Below, piece by piece: positions 1-9,083 of a stretch of DNA of 64,000 nucleotides; within the stretch, counting starts at the first letter, position 1; every line of letters starts with the position of its first letter. Origin of the DNA: an uncultured Acidobacteriota bacterium (GTDB lineage Bacteria; Acidobacteriota; Vicinamibacteria; Vicinamibacterales; 2-12-FULL-66-21); NCBI GenBank assembly GCA_963697775.1, contig CAVOPH010000003.1, positions 2,234-66,233 of the forward strand, written 5' to 3'. Below the pieces are notes generated by a model, which saw nothing but the letters and a program-made list of their open reading frames with translations, ran no database searches and had not been told where the DNA came from. Both the position numbers and the translations under genes were made by a program.

Positions 1-29
1 ACATTCAGCATTCAGCATTCAGCATTTCC
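1..29. repeat. Heptanucleotide tandem array (ATTCAGC)n, cut by the window edge
   Basis: Reads ACATTCAGCATTCAGCATTCAGCATTTCC. Same GCTGAAT/ATTCAGC word as the inverted arrays at 48856-48930 and 57390-57462. Lies directly 3' of the minus-strand stop codon at 30-32. Confidence 0.8.
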
Positions 30-1370
30 CTATGGCGTCGTGAATGTCGCCCGCGCTTCGATGAAATAGGCACCTGCGACCAGATCGAACGTGACGCTCG
101 CGAGGCAGTTACCGCTCGCGTCACAGTTGCCGAGCGTCACCGGCGTCGTCATCGGCGCCCCGCCCACTCGCGGTTTCACCGTGACGTTGACCGTCGTCCC
201 CGTGGGCACACCCGACGTCGTCAGGTTGATCGGTGTCTGGCCCGGTGCTGACAGCACGAGATCGATGGCGCCCGCACCGCCGCCTGGAGGCGAGGGAACA
301 GGCTGTCCGCCTACGGTCATAATGGCAACGGTCGGCGTGATTGGATTCACGATCGGTCCAGGTCCCGCGGCGCGAGAGGCGAGCGGCGTCGTGTTCCCCA
401 CGCTGAGATTGTTGTTGAGCGCCTCCAACCTGATCGAGCCTTGCTGGGCAGGGTCGCTGCCGGGGCCGCCCGAACCGGGGCGCGCGTAGATGAGTCCGTT
501 CCCATTTATCGTAGTGGCCAGGAGACGCACCGCCCCGCCGCTGCCGCCGCCACCAACGGATGAGCAGTTGGCGTTCCCCTGCCCACCGCCGCTGCCTCCG
601 TCAGCCACTATGGAGCCGTCGAGCGTAACCGTTCCGTTCGCGGCAATCAGCATGGCCCCGCCGCCGCCACCGCCGCCGCCGCCGGCGCATCCGGAACTCG
701 GAGCGGTAGAGGCACCGCCGCCGCCGCCCGACCCGCCAACCAGTGGAAGCAAGTCGGGCGCGCCAAGGAAGGTCGCGCCGGCGCCGCTGCCATTGTTGAA
801 GTAAGAGTTCGTGCCGCCGATGCCGCCGCCAGGCCCGAGGCCCGCGCCACCGAACGCGCCAAAGTTCACGAGTTGATATCCACCTTCACCGCCCCGGAAC
901 CCGCCCGGTCCTCCGAGACCGCCCCTCCCCAAGTCGTTGGTGCTCCCACCGATGCCATTCTCGCCAACGATGTTGATCGATCCATATGGAGCAATCGTTA
1001 CGTTGCCAGTCATCAGAAGCGTCACGGGCGTATTCGCGGCATTGCGGATAAACCGTACGGTAAAGCCGTAGCCGCCCACGTACGGGGGGCGCTCCCTGAT
1101 CGTCAGGTTGTTGAACACCATCACGCCGTCAGCGGGGAGCTGAATATCCATGGTGGTGCCCGATGTCACCGTGACACCCGGCGGAAGCGTCGCCGATGTA
1201 TCGCCAGTATCGAGGTTCCCTAATGTCGCCGGGTTGTTCTTGCAGCCACACACGTCGAGCTGAACCTGCGGCGAAACCACGACGCCCAGGCCGCACACAA
1301 ACAACATGCTCAGCAGCGCGACTCGCAAACGAGCCTGGCGCGCTGACCTATCCTCGTGGAACATCTCCAT
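30..1370 (-). CDS. Secreted glycine-rich protein (beta-helix-like), function unknown
   Basis: ORF 30..1403. The internal ATG at 1370 is preceded by GGAG 8 nt upstream and lies just after the upstream stop at 1381. N-terminus MEMFHEDRSARQARLRVALLSMLFVCGLGVVV is signal-like. Long Gly tracts (GGSGGGGGAS, CAGGGGGGGGGA, GGGGSGG) alternate with short hydrophobic strands (AMLIAANGTVTLDGSIVADGG, AVRLLATTINGNGLIYA). No frame break. Confidence 0.7.
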   Translation of the reverse strand: MEMFHEDRSARQARLRVALLSMLFVCGLGVVVSPQVQLDVCGCKNNPATLGNLDTGDTSATLPPGVTVTSGTTMDIQLPADGVMVFNNLTIRERPPYVGGYGFTVRFIRNAANTPVTLLMTGNVTIAPYGSINIVGENGIGGSTNDLGRGGLGGPGGFRGGEGGYQLVNFGAFGGAGLGPGGGIGGTNSYFNNGSGAGATFLGAPDLLPLVGGSGGGGGASTAPSSGCAGGGGGGGGGAMLIAANGTVTLDGSIVADGGSGGGQGNANCSSVGGGGSGGAVRLLATTINGNGLIYARPGSGGPGSDPAQQGSIRLEALNNNLSVGNTTPLASRAAGPGPIVNPITPTVAIMTVGGQPVPSPPGGGAGAIDLVLSAPGQTPINLTTSGVPTGTTVNVTVKPRVGGAPMTTPVTLGNCDASGNCLASVTFDLVAGAYFIEARATFTTP

Positions 1371-1380
1371 AACGGTTCTC

Positions 1381-2130
1381 CTACTTCTTCTCCACACCGA
1401 CAATCGGGGCTGTAATCAGCGGCAGAAGCGATGCCGGCGGCGGCCCGACGACGACGACAATTTGAACGACATCGCTGCCGGCGCGCAGCGTGAGCGTGGC
1501 CACGCCATCAATCCCCGGCAGGATCTTGATCGCGGCAATCCGGCTGCCCGTCGGAACGACGACCGGTTGTTCGACCGATGCGATATTCGGATTGCTGCTG
1601 CTGACGGTTACGACAGTCGCCGACACGGCCGCGGCAGAGAGTGCCGTGACGTTCAGGTTCGGGTGACCACCCGCTCCGGTAAAGACAGTGCCCAGCCTCC
1701 GCTCTCCAGTCAGCACGACGCCGACAGGACTCGCGATGACGGGCGGTTCTGTCCCGGCTTCAGGCGTGCCGACGACGATCGTGAGCTGCCGGCTCTCACC
1801 GCCAGCCTGGAACGTCAACGTCGCCGTTCCTTGAGCACCCGTGACAATCCTCACGTTCGCGACTCGGGCGCCTGCGGCGATCGTCACCGGATCAAAGACC
1901 GCCGCGATTCCAGGATTGCTGCTGGTGACGGTGACAGCTGTAACGGCAGCCACAGGGGTGGACACGAGTTGCAACGCCAGCACAGCTTGTCCCGCAGGCG
2001 CGGTGATGACTCGCCCAGCCGACGGCGCAGCGAGGAGCACGATCCCGACTGGCTTTGCCACGGTGGGTGGCACGACTTCCGGCGGCGGCGTTCCGACGAA
2101 GATGGTCAGCTGACGCGTCGAGGGCGCCAA
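1381..2130 (-). CDS. Giant gene 1, C-terminal fragment (Big_2-like Ig repeats)
   Basis: ORF 1381..2130. Repeats VTVTSSNPGIAAV...GAQGTATLTFQAGG and VTVSSSNPNIASV...IDGVATLTLRAG. Its N-terminal sequence continues from ORF 1892..2335 in another frame. Confidence 0.7.
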   Translation of the reverse strand: MAPSTRQLTIFVGTPPPEVVPPTVAKPVGIVLLAAPSAGRVITAPAGQAVLALQLVSTPVAAVTAVTVTSSNPGIAAVFDPVTIAAGARVANVRIVTGAQGTATLTFQAGGESRQLTIVVGTPEAGTEPPVIASPVGVVLTGERRLGTVFTGAGGHPNLNVTALSAAAVSATVVTVSSSNPNIASVEQPVVVPTGSRIAAIKILPGIDGVATLTLRAGSDVVQIVVVVGPPPASLLPLITAPIVGVEKK

Positions 2131-2192
2131 CGTGGAACGTCAGAGTTGCTGTTCCTGCGGTCCCCGTGATCACCGTGATCTCGGCAGACAGC

Positions 2193-2927
2193 TCACCAGC
2201 CGCAAGGGCAATCGGTCCGTTGACCCTGGCCACGTTGGCATCGCTGCTGGTCACGGTGACGAGGGTCGGCGTCGAAGCAGGTTCGGACAGCATCTTGACC
2301 CTGAACGTCGACTGCCCCGTCGGCGCCGCGAACACGCGGCCGACCGACAGCGGATGGGAGCACCACTACGCCAACGGGTTGAGCCAGCGTCGGCGCGATT
2401 ATTCCAGCGGCAGCGTTGCCAACGACGATGGTGAGCTGACTGATCTCGCCGCCGACACGCAGCGTGAGCGTCGCCGTGCCCTGGACCCCGGTGGTGATCA
2501 CGATGTTGGCGATTCGCGAGCCCGCCGCAATCGTCACGGTCCCATTGACCGACGCGACCGCCGGGTTGGAGCTGGTGACATCGACGGTCGTCGCCACAAT
2601 CGCTGGCGCCCCCAGAATCGGAACCGCGACAGAGGTCTGACCGTTCACCGGCGTGACGACCTGACCAAGCAATCGAGCGGGGACGACGGCGATCCCCACG
2701 GGCGAGCCATCGACGCCGATGCTCTTCGCAACCACAGGGCTGACCGACGCGACGGCCCACGTAGTCCCTCGGGCCGACGTGGCCGTGATCGTGGTGGCGC
2801 CGATGGACACGCCGGTCACCGGCACCGCTACTTCGGTTTGGCCAGCCGGCAGAACGACCGATTGGGCCGAGAGCGTGGCGATGGCGGAATCAACCACCGC
2901 CAGTTGTATGACGAGATCCGTCGTCAA
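2193..2927 (-). CDS. Giant gene 1 fragment (Big_2-like Ig repeats)
   Basis: ORF 2193..2927: VDVTSSNPAVASVNGTVTIAAGSRIANIVITTGVQGTATLTLRVGG. The last roughly 40 codons are Arg-rich off-frame read-through. Confidence 0.65.
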   Translation of the reverse strand: MTTDLVIQLAVVDSAIATLSAQSVVLPAGQTEVAVPVTGVSIGATTITATSARGTTWAVASVSPVVAKSIGVDGSPVGIAVVPARLLGQVVTPVNGQTSVAVPILGAPAIVATTVDVTSSNPAVASVNGTVTIAAGSRIANIVITTGVQGTATLTLRVGGEISQLTIVVGNAAAGIIAPTLAQPVGVVVLPSAVGRPRVRGADGAVDVQGQDAVRTCFDADPRHRDQQRCQRGQGQRTDCPCGW

Positions 2928-3738
2928 CGGAGAAGTCAGCCCAAGCCGCAGATTGCCGTGTCGTCCCCAGCGGCACGCCCAGGAGACGCGGCGCCGCGCG
3001 CAGTCCTGGCACGACCTTCACGACGACCTGATCCTGTGCGACCTGCGCACCCGATGCATTCCGGCCGGTCGCTACGATCGTGAGCGTCGGCGTGGCGCTC
3101 GCGAGCCCGACGTTGAACGTCGTGGCAAACGGCGGCCCTGCGATCGGCGGCAGTGCCTGACCGTTGACGGTGAACGTCATCGTCGCGATGTTCAACGACG
3201 AGGTCGCCTTCGCCTCGAGCAACAGCGCCGAGTTCTCGAGCACTTCGCTTCCGTTCGCCGGGCTGGTGATCCCGAACGAGCCGGTCAGGAAGGTGAAGGT
3301 CAGAGGCGTGACCAGCGACTGACCTGCTGCATCTACGAGCGCATTCTCGAATCGATCCGTGATGCCAGACGTCAGCTCGACGATGACGACGGCGTCGAAC
3401 GGCAGCGGAGCGTCAGGCCCGAAGCGCACGGTGGCATCGTCATCGAGGAAGCTGAACTGTCCGGGTATCTGGAGTCCATCGATCGTCACGCGGAACGATG
3501 CAGGCGTGATGGTGGTCCGATCGACCGGCTCCGTGAAGCTGACGCGAACATCGGTTCCAACGGGAACGTTCACGGCATTGTTAGCCGGAGCGATCGCCGT
3601 CACTCGTGGTGGGACAGTGTCCGGAGACTTGGTCTTGAACACCGACGTGCGCGATGCGGACAACGCGTTACCGTGCACGTCACGGATCTGAGTTGAGCGC
3701 GTCGATTGTGTAGTTCGTATTGAGCTTGAGCGAATCAA
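2890..3738 (-). CDS. Giant gene 1 fragment (SbsA/Big_5-like plus Ig-like)
   Basis: ORF 2890..3738: DTVPPRVTAIAPANNAVNVPVGTDVRVSFTEPVDRTTITPASFRVTIDG. In-frame sense is lost near 2950 and continues in ORF 2193..2927. Confidence 0.65.
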   Translation of the reverse strand: MIRSSSIRTTQSTRSTQIRDVHGNALSASRTSVFKTKSPDTVPPRVTAIAPANNAVNVPVGTDVRVSFTEPVDRTTITPASFRVTIDGLQIPGQFSFLDDDATVRFGPDAPLPFDAVVIVELTSGITDRFENALVDAAGQSLVTPLTFTFLTGSFGITSPANGSEVLENSALLLEAKATSSLNIATMTFTVNGQALPPIAGPPFATTFNVGLASATPTLTIVATGRNASGAQVAQDQVVVKVVPGLRAAPRLLGVPLGTTRQSAAWADFSVDDGSRHTTGGG

Positions 3739-5063
3739 CCGGCGTCAGCGTCACGGTCTGATCCGCCGTCTGCGAACGCAATCGCGAACGGCACTGCGGC
3801 GCCGTTCGTGGTCAATCGGATCGACGCGGTGGTCACACTCGACCGATCGACGGCCTCCGAGAATCGCAGGACAATCTGAACATTCGGCTCGACACTCCCT
3901 GCACCCGAGGCCGGCGTCACGAGAATGACGTCCGGCGAGACAACGTCGCGGACATTCACTGTCACCGGGGCGGAGCTGGCCAGGTTTCCGGCGCCGTCGC
4001 GAGCGGTTGCAGTCAGCGTCAGCGTCCCACCAGTCGGCGGCAGCGTCGCAAATGGAACACTGAATGTTTCGATTTGCGATGTTGCCAGGCCTGCAATCGT
4101 CCTGGTTTCACTCGTCGAAGCCACACCGGCACCAGCCACTGTGACTTGCGCCAGGCCGCCGGCATCCGACGCCGCAACGGTCACGGCAAGCGGACTCCTG
4201 GGATCCACCAGCGCACCGGCCGCGGGGCTGCTGATCGCCACCTGCGGTGCGATCGTGTCGATCCCGATGTCGGCGACGCTCGTCTGACCGGCGGTCACAG
4301 TGGCAACTCTCGATCCCTGGACCGACACGCCCTGCTGGGTCGTGGTCGCTGTGAGCGTCACCGTGCTCGGTGGCAGGAGCACGAATGCATAGCTGCCGTC
4401 GCTGGCCGTCTGCTTGCTGTACTGCGCGAACCCGTTGGTGAACTGGACACCTGCCACGACGGTTGCTCCGGCAACCGGCACACCATTGAACCGGACGATG
4501 CCCCGTGCGATCCCCGTGTTGGCGAAGACGAGGTCCAGTTGCACCGCTTGCGAGCCGTCAGCGAACTGACCCGTTGATACCGCCGGGCCAAGCGCTGACA
4601 ACGTTGGATGGTCGGCGCGCACGGTGAACGGTGCGATCGGAATCACGCGCGAGTTCCCGCCTGCGGCGAGCGAAGACGTGAAGCTAAAGGTGCCATTCGC
4701 AAGGGTCGACGCCTGATAGGTCCGGCCGAACAGGACCTGATCGCTCTGGAGTTTCACGGTCACGGCACTGACGGTCGTCGTCGCGTCCGACGCGAACACG
4801 TGACCGCTGACGCTGCCAGTCAAAGGCGGCAGCGGAGCCAGCGTGCTGTTGCCGTCGGCCGGCATCGCGAAGTTTCGAACTTCCGCGAGCTCGTCCGTGC
4901 TCAGACCGGCCAGCGCTTCAGGCGACAGCTGAATCAAACGTTCGGCTGCAGCCTGTGCCGCGGGTCTCGACGTCTGCTGCACGACGAAGTGCATGAACGC
5001 CACGGTGCCGCCGGCCGGAATCGTGACGTTCTGCCACACATACGACAGGGCTCGCGGGCCCAA
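3735..5063 (-). CDS. Giant gene 1 fragment (CarboxypepD_reg-like, Ig-like, Big_5-like)
   Basis: ORF 3735..5063. Contains GIVRFNGVPVAGATVVAGVQ...QTASDGSYAFVLLPPSTVTLTA, an Ig-like AASDAGGLAQVTV segment, and VSPDVILVTPASGAGSVEPNVQIVLRFSEAVDRSSV. Confidence 0.7.
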   Translation of the reverse strand: MGPRALSYVWQNVTIPAGGTVAFMHFVVQQTSRPAAQAAAERLIQLSPEALAGLSTDELAEVRNFAMPADGNSTLAPLPPLTGSVSGHVFASDATTTVSAVTVKLQSDQVLFGRTYQASTLANGTFSFTSSLAAGGNSRVIPIAPFTVRADHPTLSALGPAVSTGQFADGSQAVQLDLVFANTGIARGIVRFNGVPVAGATVVAGVQFTNGFAQYSKQTASDGSYAFVLLPPSTVTLTATTTQQGVSVQGSRVATVTAGQTSVADIGIDTIAPQVAISSPAAGALVDPRSPLAVTVAASDAGGLAQVTVAGAGVASTSETRTIAGLATSQIETFSVPFATLPPTGGTLTLTATARDGAGNLASSAPVTVNVRDVVSPDVILVTPASGAGSVEPNVQIVLRFSEAVDRSSVTTASIRLTTNGAAVPFAIAFADGGSDRDADAG

Positions 5064-5390
5064 ATTGATGGTCGGGTCGGCTGGCGCAAACGCCGCGGAC
5101 GTTGCCTGGTTGCGTCGCGTTCAAGCCATCAAACACAAACGATGTGGCCGGCAGCCCTCCGGCGATGAACGAATCCCCGGGCGTCACGTCGTCGATCACG
5201 ACCCAGCGATCGCGCGCCGCCGGGTCGGACACATCGAGCTGACTGTCGCCGCTCGACGTCGCGATCACGGCAGGCGCAGCAGCGGAGCCACCGGCGTTGC
5301 CCTGGATGTGGCTCGTGACGCGCAGTCCCACGGTGATCGGGCGACTGGGACGGATTCGAGACGATTTCCAGGTATCGCGCGAAATAACCA

Positions 5391-6089
5391 TCAGCCGGCA
5401 CGAACACTTTGCGGGTCACGCTGACGCCGCCGACGTCGTCCTGATGAACGACGACCTCGCGGGTCTTCTCCTCGACCGTCCCGATGTTTGCTCCGGTGAA
5501 GCGGGTCGATACGCCTCCATTGATGACGTCGAGCTGCAGCGCCACCCCAGGTCTTGCCGGCATAGACACCTGTGAACACATTGCCGCTGCCATAGAGCAC
5601 CGAGCCGTCTGGCTGCAGGTCGAACGTGAAGTTGTTGGCGTCCCACTTCGAGACCGGCAGATTGATCAGGTTGCTCTGCAGCAGGATGTCGATCGTCGGC
5701 GACGAGCCGTCCTGCTGGATCGTTCCCGTGGCTTCGCCGCGCAGTTGCAGCACCGGATTCGCGACGCTGACCGTGAAGCTGCCAACCGGGATGTCCGCCG
5801 CCGAATAGAACCCGCCGGCGTTCGTCGTTGTCGCCGGGCGGAAGCCACCGAATTCGGGGTTCAGGCTGCGCACCTGCACGCCGAGGCCGCTTGCGCTCGA
5901 TCCGTCTGGATTCAACACGCGGCCGCTGACGCTTCCGAGGCCGACGAACTTCATGCTCGTCTGGGCGACCTGATTTGGCGACGCGAGCACGATCGGATCG
6001 TTGACGTGCGCACGAACGCGGTTCTGCGCGTCGTACGCGACCAGCGTGTAGCTGCCGAAGCACCAGGTTGTCGGCGCGGAACGTGCCAT
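5391..6089 (-). CDS. Giant gene 1 fragment (CarboxypepD_reg-like)
   Basis: ORF 5391..6089: GSVSGRVLNPDGSSASGLGVQVRSLNPEFGGFRPATTTNAGGFYSAADIPVGSFTVSV. Sensible sequence spans only about 5545-6060. Confidence 0.6.
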   Translation of the reverse strand: MARSAPTTWCFGSYTLVAYDAQNRVRAHVNDPIVLASPNQVAQTSMKFVGLGSVSGRVLNPDGSSASGLGVQVRSLNPEFGGFRPATTTNAGGFYSAADIPVGSFTVSVANPVLQLRGEATGTIQQDGSSPTIDILLQSNLINLPVSKWDANNFTFDLQPDGSVLYGSGNVFTGVYAGKTWGGAAARRHQWRRIDPLHRSKHRDGRGEDPRGRRSSGRRRRRQRDPQSVRAG

Positions 6090-7104
6090 CGCTGCCGATC
6101 GGCACAGTTACGCCGCTGGCTCCATTTCCGATCGAGACGGTGCCTTCCGTAACCGGCGCGTCGTTGGGCGCTCTGACAATGCCGGCGATGCTTGCAGTCG
6201 GCTGGAGGTGGACGACCACCGGCTTCTGCTCGTTCGCGGCAAGCGATCCCGTGGTGGTTCCGCTCAGAACTCCGGAGTCCGCGCGGACGCTGAAGTTTCC
6301 GACGATGACGTGATCGACCACCACGGTGCCGTTGGCGCCAGTGACCGCGAAGAGCGTATCGCTTGCGAGCCCTGCGCCCGCAGTCACCCGCACTTGCGCA
6401 TTGGCCGCGGGAGCGCCATTCGCGGTCTGCACCGTGACGACCAGCGTGCCCTGCGCGAACAAGGTCACGTCTGCGGTCTTCGTCTGACCCTGCTGATCCA
6501 GCGTGACCTGTCCGAAACCAATGCCTCGCGAGGCCGGATCGCTCACGGAAATCGTTGACGTGCCGAGCGGCAGGAACGACAGCGCATATCGTCCCTGCGC
6601 GTCGGTCACCGTGCTGATGCTTCCGAACGCCGTAACGGTTGCGCCCGAAACCGTAGTCGTCCCGTCGGCGCGATAGACCGTTCCCTGCACGGCTCCGTAG
6701 CTCGCCAACGTCACGACTTTCGTGACTGCCGGATCGCTGGCCGTGATCGATCCCGACGCCGAGGCTGCGAGGTTGGTCGAGGGATCCCTCGCCTGCACCA
6801 GGAACGTCCCGAAGAACATGTTCTGCGCGGTGAATGTACCGGTGACTGCTGTCCCGCTGACCGGCGGCGCTGCGCCAAAGATGCTGAAGCCGAGCACCGT
6901 GACCTGCGCGCCGTTGACGAGGTTGCCCGCTCCGTTCTTGACGGTGACGGTGACGCTGCCCCGACCAAGGAAAGCGACCGGCACCGAGAGGTCCTGGCCG
7001 CTCGTAGCGATCTCGGCTGCCGCCTGTCCTCGATTCCCGTTCGTGTCGCTCGACTGCGACGATGTACTTGCCGACGGCAACCAGCGGGAATTCATAGCTG
7101 CCAT
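5416..7104 (-). CDS. Giant gene 1 fragment (tandem CarboxypepD_reg-like modules)
   Basis: ORF 5416..7104. From about 7050 down to about 6060 it reads as repeated modules (GAVQGTVYRADGTTTVSGATVTAFG...TDAQGRYALSFLPLGTSTISV). Below about 6060 it becomes Arg-rich nonsense and the sense continues in ORF 5391..6089. Confidence 0.65.
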   Translation of the reverse strand: MAAMNSRWLPSASTSSQSSDTNGNRGQAAAEIATSGQDLSVPVAFLGRGSVTVTVKNGAGNLVNGAQVTVLGFSIFGAAPPVSGTAVTGTFTAQNMFFGTFLVQARDPSTNLAASASGSITASDPAVTKVVTLASYGAVQGTVYRADGTTTVSGATVTAFGSISTVTDAQGRYALSFLPLGTSTISVSDPASRGIGFGQVTLDQQGQTKTADVTLFAQGTLVVTVQTANGAPAANAQVRVTAGAGLASDTLFAVTGANGTVVVDHVIVGNFSVRADSGVLSGTTTGSLAANEQKPVVVHLQPTASIAGIVRAPNDAPVTEGTVSIGNGASGVTVPIGSDGTFRADNLVLRQLHAGRVRRAEPRSCARQRSDRARVAKSGRPDEHEVRRPRKRQRPRVESRRIERKRPRRAGAQPEPRIRWLPPGDNDERRRVLFGGGHPGWQLHGQRRESGAATARRSHGNDPAGRLVADDRHPAAEQPDQSAGLEVGRQQLHVRPAARRLGALWQRQCVHRCLCRQDLGWRCSSTSSMEAYRPASPEQTSGRSRRRPARSSFIRTTSAASA

Positions 7105-7531
7105 TCGTCGTGAACGTGGTGCTGATCGGATCGGACGGATTGGCGAGCTCGAACAGATCGACCTTCACGCCGTCGCTGGCGAGCGTGGTCCCATCGGACA
7201 GGTAGACAGGCCCGTGCAGGAATCCAGCCGCCAGGATGACGATGTCAACGTTCAGGAATCCGTTGGGACGGTTCATGAAGCCGTGGGCAAATCCAAGGAG
7301 CCGCGTCGAGTCGTCGATATCCTTCAGCACCTTCACGGTCACATCTGGACCGACCACGCCGACGACGCGGAAGCGACCTTGTGCGTCGGTATCGGTCGTC
7401 ACCGTCGTGGGACCTGAAGTCACCGTGACCTTGGCGCCAGCGGCTGGCGACAAGTTGCGGATCGAGGACGGTGCCGCTGACGATCCCGCCCTGGACGACA
7501 ACCGTCGCGCTCGCACGCTGAACTCCATCAA
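5951..7531 (-). CDS. Giant gene 1 fragment
   Basis: ORF 5951..7531. Only about 7050-7460 looks coding (AGAKVTVTSGPTTVTTDTDAQGRFRVVGVVGPDVTVKVL...GSYEFPLVAVGKYIVAVE). The remainder is an off-frame shadow of ORF 5416..7104. Confidence 0.55.
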   Translation of the reverse strand: MMEFSVRARRLSSRAGSSAAPSSIRNLSPAAGAKVTVTSGPTTVTTDTDAQGRFRVVGVVGPDVTVKVLKDIDDSTRLLGFAHGFMNRPNGFLNVDIVILAAGFLHGPVYLSDGTTLASDGVKVDLFELANPSDPISTTFTTNGSYEFPLVAVGKYIVAVERHERESRTGGSRDRYERPGPLGAGRFPWSGQRHRHRQERSGQPRQRRAGHGARLQHLWRSAAGQRDSSHRYIHRAEHVLRDVPGAGEGSLDQPRSLGVGIDHGQRSGSHESRDVGELRSRAGNGLSRRRDDYGFGRNRYGVRKHQHGDRRAGTICAVVPAARHVNDFRERSGLARHWFRTGHAGSAGSDEDRRRDLVRAGHAGRHGADREWRSRGQCASAGDCGRRARKRYALRGHWRQRHRGGRSRHRRKLQRPRGLRSSERNHHGIACRERAEAGGRPPPADCKHRRHCQSAQRRAGYGRHRLDRKWSQRRNCADRQRWHVPRRQPGASAATRWSRTTRRTAFVRTSTIRSCSRRQIRSPRRA

Positions 7532-8024
7532 TCAACGCATTGATGAACGTCGTTCCACCTGCGACACCGTTGACTGACACCGTGGCGTTCGTCTGACCAG
7601 CGGGAACGACGATGAACGGCGTTGACGTTGCGATGGTCGGGTCGGTCGTGAAGTCGATGCGCGTACCGCCGGCCGGAGCCGGCGTCGCCAGTTGGACCGC
7701 GAGCTGGGCCGTCACGCCCGCATCGACGATGACCGACGGGCCGAAGCTGACCTCCGGCAGAGCCGTGACCGTGAGGGCAAGAGTCACCGGCGCGCTCGAA
7801 TTCCCCGCGAGGTCTATTGCCGTCGCCTGAACAGTGAAGACAGTTCCTGGCACGACGTCATTGGGAACTTGAATCGCAAACGATGCGCTTGCGGTGCCGA
7901 GCGGAGGCGCGATCGGTTTCGCAGTGGTAACCGACGAACGCGCCCGATCCCTGGAGATCGATTTCAGAGACGCCGAGGTCGTCCTCAGCGTCAACGACGA
8001 TCGTGACGCTTCGGCCACGAGCAA
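7245..8024 (-). CDS. Giant gene 1 fragment (Ig-like modules)
   Basis: ORF 7245..8024. About 7455-7925 reads FTVQATAIDLAGNSSAPVTLALTV...TPFIVVPAGQTNATVSVNGVAGGTTFINA. Confidence 0.6.
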   Translation of the reverse strand: MLVAEASRSSLTLRTTSASLKSISRDRARSSVTTAKPIAPPLGTASASFAIQVPNDVVPGTVFTVQATAIDLAGNSSAPVTLALTVTALPEVSFGPSVIVDAGVTAQLAVQLATPAPAGGTRIDFTTDPTIATSTPFIVVPAGQTNATVSVNGVAGGTTFINALIDGVQRASATVVVQGGIVSGTVLDPQLVASRWRQGHGDFRSHDGDDRYRRTRSLPRRRRGRSRCDREGAEGYRRLDAAPWICPRLHEPSQRIPER

Positions 8025-8776
8025 TGTCCAGCCGTCCGGTGTCGGTGTGGAGCGCGGTCACCGTCGGTGCGCACGTTGTCGGCGACCGGAAGGATGACGC
8101 GAGCGGCAGCACCGACGTTGCCGGCGCGATCCTCGGCGGTGGCGTCGAGGATCAAGCTCTGTGGCGGCTTCGCGCCTGCAGGCACTTGAACGGTAAACGA
8201 CGTCACGATGGACGGCTGCGCCGGATCGATGAGCCGAGTCTGGGTCGAGACCACGACGCCGGTCGCCTTGAACGTCAGCGAGCGGACGCTGCCGGCATCC
8301 TGGACCGAGACCACGACCGTGGTCTGCTGTCCGGCGCGCACCTGCGTGCCTGACGTCGCGCCGGTGATCTTCACGGTCGGAGCAACCGAATCGCGCACCG
8401 TCACCGTCACCGGTGCCGCGTCGACCAGCTGTCCCTTCGTGTCGACGACGGATGCCTGAACGGCGATGGTGGATCCGGGCGTAGCGTCGACGGGTACGAC
8501 AAATCCGAAGGCTTCCGACCGGTTCTTTGCCGGCGGCGCCACGGCTCGAGTGGCGGCATCGACCGGCTTGCCGGTCAGCGCCTTGAAGCTGACCTTCTCG
8601 ATGCCAACATCGTCGGTCGCGACGACCGTGACGTCGACGTGCTCGCCATTGCCTGCTACGAGGCTGGCGGCAGGAATCTGGATGGTCGCAACCGGCGGCA
8701 CATCGAGCAGGATTGGCACGAATGCGGTGATGGGTGGCCCACGGACGCCGGACGTATCGGTCGCGATGGCGGACAC
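7991..8776 (-). CDS. Giant gene 1 fragment (Ig-like modules with D-D-x-G-I/V motif)
   Basis: ORF 7991..8776: VVATDDVGIEKVSFKALTGKP...VQASVVDTKGQLVDAAPVTVTVRDSVAPTVKITG...SVQDAGSVRSLTFKATG. Confidence 0.65.
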   Translation of the reverse strand: MSAIATDTSGVRGPPITAFVPILLDVPPVATIQIPAASLVAGNGEHVDVTVVATDDVGIEKVSFKALTGKPVDAATRAVAPPAKNRSEAFGFVVPVDATPGSTIAVQASVVDTKGQLVDAAPVTVTVRDSVAPTVKITGATSGTQVRAGQQTTVVVSVQDAGSVRSLTFKATGVVVSTQTRLIDPAQPSIVTSFTVQVPAGAKPPQSLILDATAEDRAGNVGAAARVILPVADNVRTDGDRAPHRHRTAGHCSWPKRHDRR

Positions 8777-9083
8777 TTTGATCTGGTCGCCCGGCTTGCC
8801 GAGGAGGGCGCCAGCCTGGAAGCTGAAGACGTAGGGCGCCGCGCACCGTCGCAGAAAACACGTCGTTCAGGAAGAAATCGACAAACGCCACATCGAACGC
8901 TCCGACCGTTGCGGTCGCGCTCGTGACCGTGTTCTCGATGACGCTGCCGTTGCCGGCAACAGTCAGCTGCACGATCGACGGCGGGGTTCCGTTGGTGGTC
9001 GTGAACGAGTAGTCGAGCCCGGCTCCTTGAGCGTTGCCCGAGAGATCGACAGCCGCCGGTGCCACTAACGTGATAGCTGACAC
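8058..9083 (-). CDS. Giant gene 1 fragment
   Basis: ORF 8058..9083. Only about 8830-9070 is sensible (AITLVAPAAVDLSGNAQGAGLDYSFTTTNGTPPSIVQLTVAGNGSVIENTV). The rest is an Arg-rich shadow of ORF 7991..8776. Confidence 0.5.
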   Translation of the reverse strand: MSAITLVAPAAVDLSGNAQGAGLDYSFTTTNGTPPSIVQLTVAGNGSVIENTVTSATATVGAFDVAFVDFFLNDVFSATVRGALRLQLPGWRPPRQAGRPDQSVRHRDRYVRRPWATHHRIRANPARCAAGCDHPDSCRQPRSRQWRARRRHGRRDRRCWHREGQLQGADRQAGRCRHSSRGAAGKEPVGSLRICRTRRRYARIHHRRSGIRRRHEGTAGRRGTGDGDGARFGCSDREDHRRDVRHAGARRTADHGRGLGPGCRQRPLADVQGDRRRGLDPDSAHRSGAAVHRDVVYRSSACRREAATELDPRRHRRGSRRQRRCCRSRHPSGRRQRAHRR

